DNA from: Leidyana gryllorum EB-2025a
Taxonomy: Eukaryota; Protista; Apicomplexa
Assembly: GCA_048772705.1 (NCBI GenBank)
Contig: JBLWGC010000230.1
Location: 1 to 64,000 of the forward strand
DNA length: 64,000 nucleotides
Reading direction: 5' to 3'
How positions within the stretch are numbered: the stretch's first letter is position 1; each line of letters begins with the position of its first letter. A model generated the notes under the pieces. It did no database searches. It was not told where the DNA came from and saw only the letters and a list, made by a program, of their open reading frames with translations. Below are positions 60,330 to 64,000 of this stretch, piece by piece. The position numbers and the translations under genes are program-made.

Positions 60330-61394
60330 CTAAAGGAGGGGTTGGGAGAGCTGGGATCTCCAATCCTCTGTAACACGACGAAATTCCTGGACTAAGCTGG
60401 CCTTGGGTGCAACAGCTAAGAGAACGATAAGCACGGGCAGCATTTCGGACAAGAAGAGCGCTGCTGCGAGTTTAGACCACGCAGCTACCATGTCCGTCCC
60501 TGTTGTCAGAGGGTCCCAAATCAATTCTTCGGACACATAAAGCTCCAAACAGCCATTGAGCAGGAACGCTGGTGGGCAAAGAGTAGCCATGATCAACAAT
60601 CTCCAAAGTAAAGCCGTCAGTTGGCTTGTAGCAGCTTGAGGCGGTGTGGTGTGGAGTGACGAGGGCTCTCCATCTGAGCTCGACTGGTGAGTGCTTGCCT
60701 TGAGCAGGATAACGCCGCCAGAGGCTGATACCCGTACGATTGTGTCCGCATCCGTGTCAGGGGGGGTCCGGAAGAGCGGTTGCGACTCATTGCTGATGGA
60801 ATTGAAGGACGGGGAAGTTCGCTGAGGGGTGTCATTGTCTGTGGTGATAAACGCATCGCCCCGATCTCTGCGGTGCTTCAGCTTGAGACTCAAACGAACG
60901 CCGTAGTAGCACCACACTACCGCCAAGGCAATGTGAGAAATACCCAAAACAAAGAATGCTGCTGTCCGAAACTCCCGATGGGCATGATGGATCTTGGTGA
61001 TACTCGTTACAGTGAAGAAGATAACATACAACAATGCGTTTGACCCGATTAGAAGAGGCGTCAGCAGTGTCCGATCGTTGGTTCGACAAACATCAGCGAA
61101 GAAAACTGCTGCGAGTGAGTAACTCGTCAACATTACTAATGATGGTACTACATGACAGATAGCCAGATTGAAAGGCGTTATATTTCCGCGCAGTATTAAT
61201 ACCACCAGATCTGCACACACTCGCAGCAACAGCCCCGTTGTCAGAAACAAGAGAAGAGCCAGGCGGACTTTCAACCCGCGCAATGTCGTCCTCGTGCTTC
61301 TCCTAACCCTCAATGCCTCCTTACATTCTAGCAGAGCAATAAAGAGTAGTGGGACCACTACAACAATCTGCCCGAGGACAAACAAACATCCCAT
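60330..61394 (-). CDS. Multi-pass membrane protein, TOM1/THH1-GPR137-like
   Basis: About 7 hydrophobic segments; PSL..TSYS..FFA, YYG.RL, SEMLP. Confidence 0.6.
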   Translation of the reverse strand: MGCLFVLGQIVVVVPLLFIALLECKEALRVRRSTRTTLRGLKVRLALLLFLTTGLLLRVCADLVVLILRGNITPFNLAICHVVPSLVMLTSYSLAAVFFADVCRTNDRTLLTPLLIGSNALLYVIFFTVTSITKIHHAHREFRTAAFFVLGISHIALAVVWCYYGVRLSLKLKHRRDRGDAFITTDNDTPQRTSPSFNSISNESQPLFRTPPDTDADTIVRVSASGGVILLKASTHQSSSDGEPSSLHTTPPQAATSQLTALLWRLLIMATLCPPAFLLNGCLELYVSEELIWDPLTTGTDMVAAWSKLAAALFLSEMLPVLIVLLAVAPKASLVQEFRRVTEDWRSQLSQPLL

Positions 61395-61403
61395 AAGAAT
61401 TCA

Positions 61404-62589
61404 CTATCCTATCAACTTTTTCATTGTGGCCACGTATCGCCAAACCTTCAGCACCAACAAAGTGCCCTGCAAACAAATTGATCCACAGCGACTTGTGAAA
61501 CGGTGACAGACACGTCAACACACATTTCGTTGTTACCCAAAGTAAGTTCCCCCAGATCGTGTGGCGCGCTTACCACGATAAGGTTGGCGAAAAAGAGAAC
61601 AGTACTGACTCGCTTGGCGATCCCATGTCGCTGACGGTCCTCAGCCTGCAGAAGCTGCGCTTTCGCTCGGTGAACGCCGGCTAGAGTGGTTTCCACGTTC
61701 GTATCAATGCGATCCAGCATACTGCCCTGTTCAATGACAAGTCCAGCAGTATGCTGGAAAAGCTCTTGCACTTGCTCCATTGCGGACGCTATCCGGGCGA
61801 TTTCCTCTCGCCGCCTCTCATTGTAGCGCGTGTTGTCGCTGATGGTGGTCAATTGGCCGCCCATCTGGCCACTGTCAATCGCACTCGTCGAGTTGATCAC
61901 GTCATCAGGGTTTCCTCGTTTACGTTGTTGGATTTCTATGTTCCAGATAGGAGAACGTACCGCCCAGCCGATAGCATAATCCCGCACTCACCCTCGTAGT
62001 ACTGCCTTTGAATGGACCGAAATACTTTACTAAGGTTACTGAGATCTCGCGCTGTTGCACGAGACGCATTGAGCATTACGCGATGCTGTTTCGGATCCGT
62101 TGACTCTTGAGCAGCCGTACTCAGCTGCCTGATTGAAGCTTCTTGCTCCCTAATACTGGCTGTGATCACGTTGGCCATGGCTGCCAGCGGCTGCGCCTCA
62201 ATGTTGGAATCGAACAAACTCATCATTTGTCTCCTCAATGCTCGTTGGTAGTTCTGCACTGTTAGCCATACGTGTATTACCAACGAGACACACGCGCACA
62301 AACCACGCAATCACTCACACTGTTCTTTCAGTCGCTCGGTCCCACATGTGATCGTGTCCAGGTGATACATCCATTCCTGCGGCTGAACTGACGTCAGTGG
62401 CACAGATTCTTCCTGTGTGTCTCGAGCAGAAGTACTGCTGACGGGTCCCATCTCGATATCAGTCTGGTGTAGTAGCTGCTGCCTCAAGGGGGCGCGGGCA
62501 GCGACACCGAATCGTTCCTGACGACGGCAGTAGTCATCCCTCAAGTGTTTGAAAGCCACAGTTCGATTGCGGGTAGGCAGGACACCCAT
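61404..62589 (-). CDS. Qa-SNARE, syntaxin-16/Tlg2-like, multi-exon (3' end approximate)
   Basis: N-peptide TRNRTVAF; SNARE motif EEIARIA...LVIEQGSMLDRIDTNVE; C-terminal TM. Confidence 0.85.
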
Positions 62590-62741
62590 TGCGTGGTTTT
62601 GAGTGGGGTGGTTGGGGTTTAAAGGAGACGGTGTATCAAGGGTTTTATTTCATTGGATCATTATTGAATTGTGAATTCAGTACAAAGCTCATTCATTGAC
62701 CATCTACTTCTGTTAGCTAGTTAGAACCGAAGTCTTTTGCA

Positions 62742-64000
62742 ATGACTGGTCGAGGATTCCGATGTGGTAATGGCGAGATGGGCCGCAATGCCTCAGTGAT
62801 CCTGCCAGCGGAACACAGACGAGTCGAAGCCCCTACAAGTTGCGACAAAGTATCGCAACGCCGGCCAGCAAATATTCCTGCTCGGAGGCGCAGACCTGCG
62901 CCGGGCGGTTCATTGACGCTCTCCAGCCCCACGGCATTGTTGAGCAGCGCGCCTGAATGGCAAGCTCAGTTCTACAAGACCAAGTTATGCCCCTTCTATG
63001 TTCGAGACATTCCGGATGCGCTGACAGCGCAGCAAGCAGCGGCTCAGTTCGGTCACAATGTTGGCAGTGCTAGTGGCGTTTGCATGAACAGGGACAATTG
63101 TCGATTTGCCCATTCCTTCGAAGAGCTGCGTCCCCTGCCTGACCTGCGCAAGACGAAGCTCTGCAGCTCATACACAAAGAAGACCCCCTGCAAGAACCCC
63201 AAGTGTCCTTTCGCTCACTCACCCAACGAGCTTCGGACATCTTCGTCGGTATTCTACAAGGTCACCCTCTGCAATTTTTACAAGAACGGACGGTGTTGGA
63301 ATGGATCCAATTGTCGCTTCGCTCACGGCAACGAGGAGCTTCGCAGTGCGGATCAGGCTCCATCCGACGAGGACGACGAGCTCGTCTCTACCACCACCAC
63401 CTCCACCCGAACCAAGAAAGCCCGTCGGCCCTGCGCTCGAGACAAATCTGACGGTTTGCTCCCAACGCCGGCTGAATCCACTCGCATTCCATATGAAAAG
63501 CCGTTGCACAAAGTTCGCACTGCGGCCTCCACCACATCGAATTCTGCTACCACTACTCCCCCTGGGACAGCTCCCCAAACCCAAGTACCCCCATCCAACT
63601 ATTCCGACACGGAAACCCTGATATCGCTTGTAACGCAGAAACTACTCGAACCTCAGCTGCCTGCGGACACTACCTTTGACGCTCCGACCGAATCGATCCC
63701 ACCTGGCTTCTCCGAAGCTCCATTGACTCCCTCTTCATTGAATGTTGATGCTGAGACCCTAATGTCATTCATATTGGCCGCTACAAACAATCCCGCGGAG
63801 AAAGAAGCTTACGTACCGCCGAACACTGGCCTTTATCCATCGCAGAGTCACTATCAGACAACTGCGCGCCCAACATCCGAACCCCCCCAATCATTGTATG
63901 AACCGGCTGAGGACGCCCTGTACCCAAGTACATTTGCACCGCACACGGCACATAACATTCACATGCCCGAGATGGTGGTGCCTGCCCCGCCTCCTCCTCC
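62742..64000 (+). CDS. Triple CCCH zinc-finger protein, truncated by window end (absent from ORF track)
   Basis: Manual translation: QFYKTKLC...CMNRDNCRFAH, DLRKTKLC..CKNPKCPFAH, FYKVTLCNFYKNGRCWNGSNCRFAHGNEELR. Confidence 0.88.
   Translation, partial: MTGRGFRCGNGEMGRNASVILPAEHRRVEAPTSCDKVSQRRPANIPARRRRPAPGGSLTLSSPTALLSSAPEWQAQFYKTKLCPFYVRDIPDALTAQQAAAQFGHNVGSASGVCMNRDNCRFAHSFEELRPLPDLRKTKLCSSYTKKTPCKNPKCPFAHSPNELRTSSSVFYKVTLCNFYKNGRCWNGSNCRFAHGNEELRSADQAPSDEDDELVSTTTTSTRTKKARRPCARDKSDGLLPTPAESTRIPYEKPLHKVRTAASTTSNSATTTPPGTAPQTQVPPSNYSDTETLISLVTQKLLEPQLPADTTFDAPTESIPPGFSEAPLTPSSLNVDAETLMSFILAATNNPAEKEAYVPPNTGLYPSQSHYQTTARPTSEPPQSLYEPAEDALYPSTFAPHTAHNIHMPEMVVPAPPPP

Noticed and set aside
26914-64000. 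Operon-like functional gene cluster
   Set aside because: Neighbouring genes have unrelated housekeeping functions and mixed orientations

Overview
Eukaryotic window, probably an apicomplexan or related alveolate with a very compact genome (LCCL/CCp-type protein, alveolate-style CCCH protein, GT-AG introns of about 36-50 nt). It has three zones. (1) 1-20686: a head-to-tail array of one near-identical Ty3/Gypsy chromovirus on the minus strand, period 4648 bp. Neighbouring copies share a single 161-bp LTR (TGTA...TACA) flanked by a PPT and a tRNA-iMet-type PBS. Gag starts inside the LTR, pol is reached by a predicted -1 frameshift (G GAU UUU) and ends in a chromodomain. Two rearrangements break at the same RNase H site, which is an imperfect reverse complement of the LTR-end/PBS. 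(2) 20687-26662: a gene-free zone with a strand-skewed island, an 11-bp satellite with 132/143-bp higher-order units, 43-bp repeats, and nested 1807-bp and 678-bp duplications, resembling a subtelomere or centromere flank. (3) about 26900-64000: densely packed host genes (cap N7-methyltransferase, chromodomain protein, AP mu subunit, URI, LDAH-like hydrolase, acyltransferase-3, LCCL protein, eIF4G, UTP21, SAM methyltransferase, FAD monooxygenase, Derlin, PI31, TOM1/GPR137-like, syntaxin-16, CCCH protein), some separated by only 3-19 bp. Main caveat: the array could partly reflect amplification or assembly of a 1-LTR circle. All assignments come from reading motifs by eye; no searches were run.
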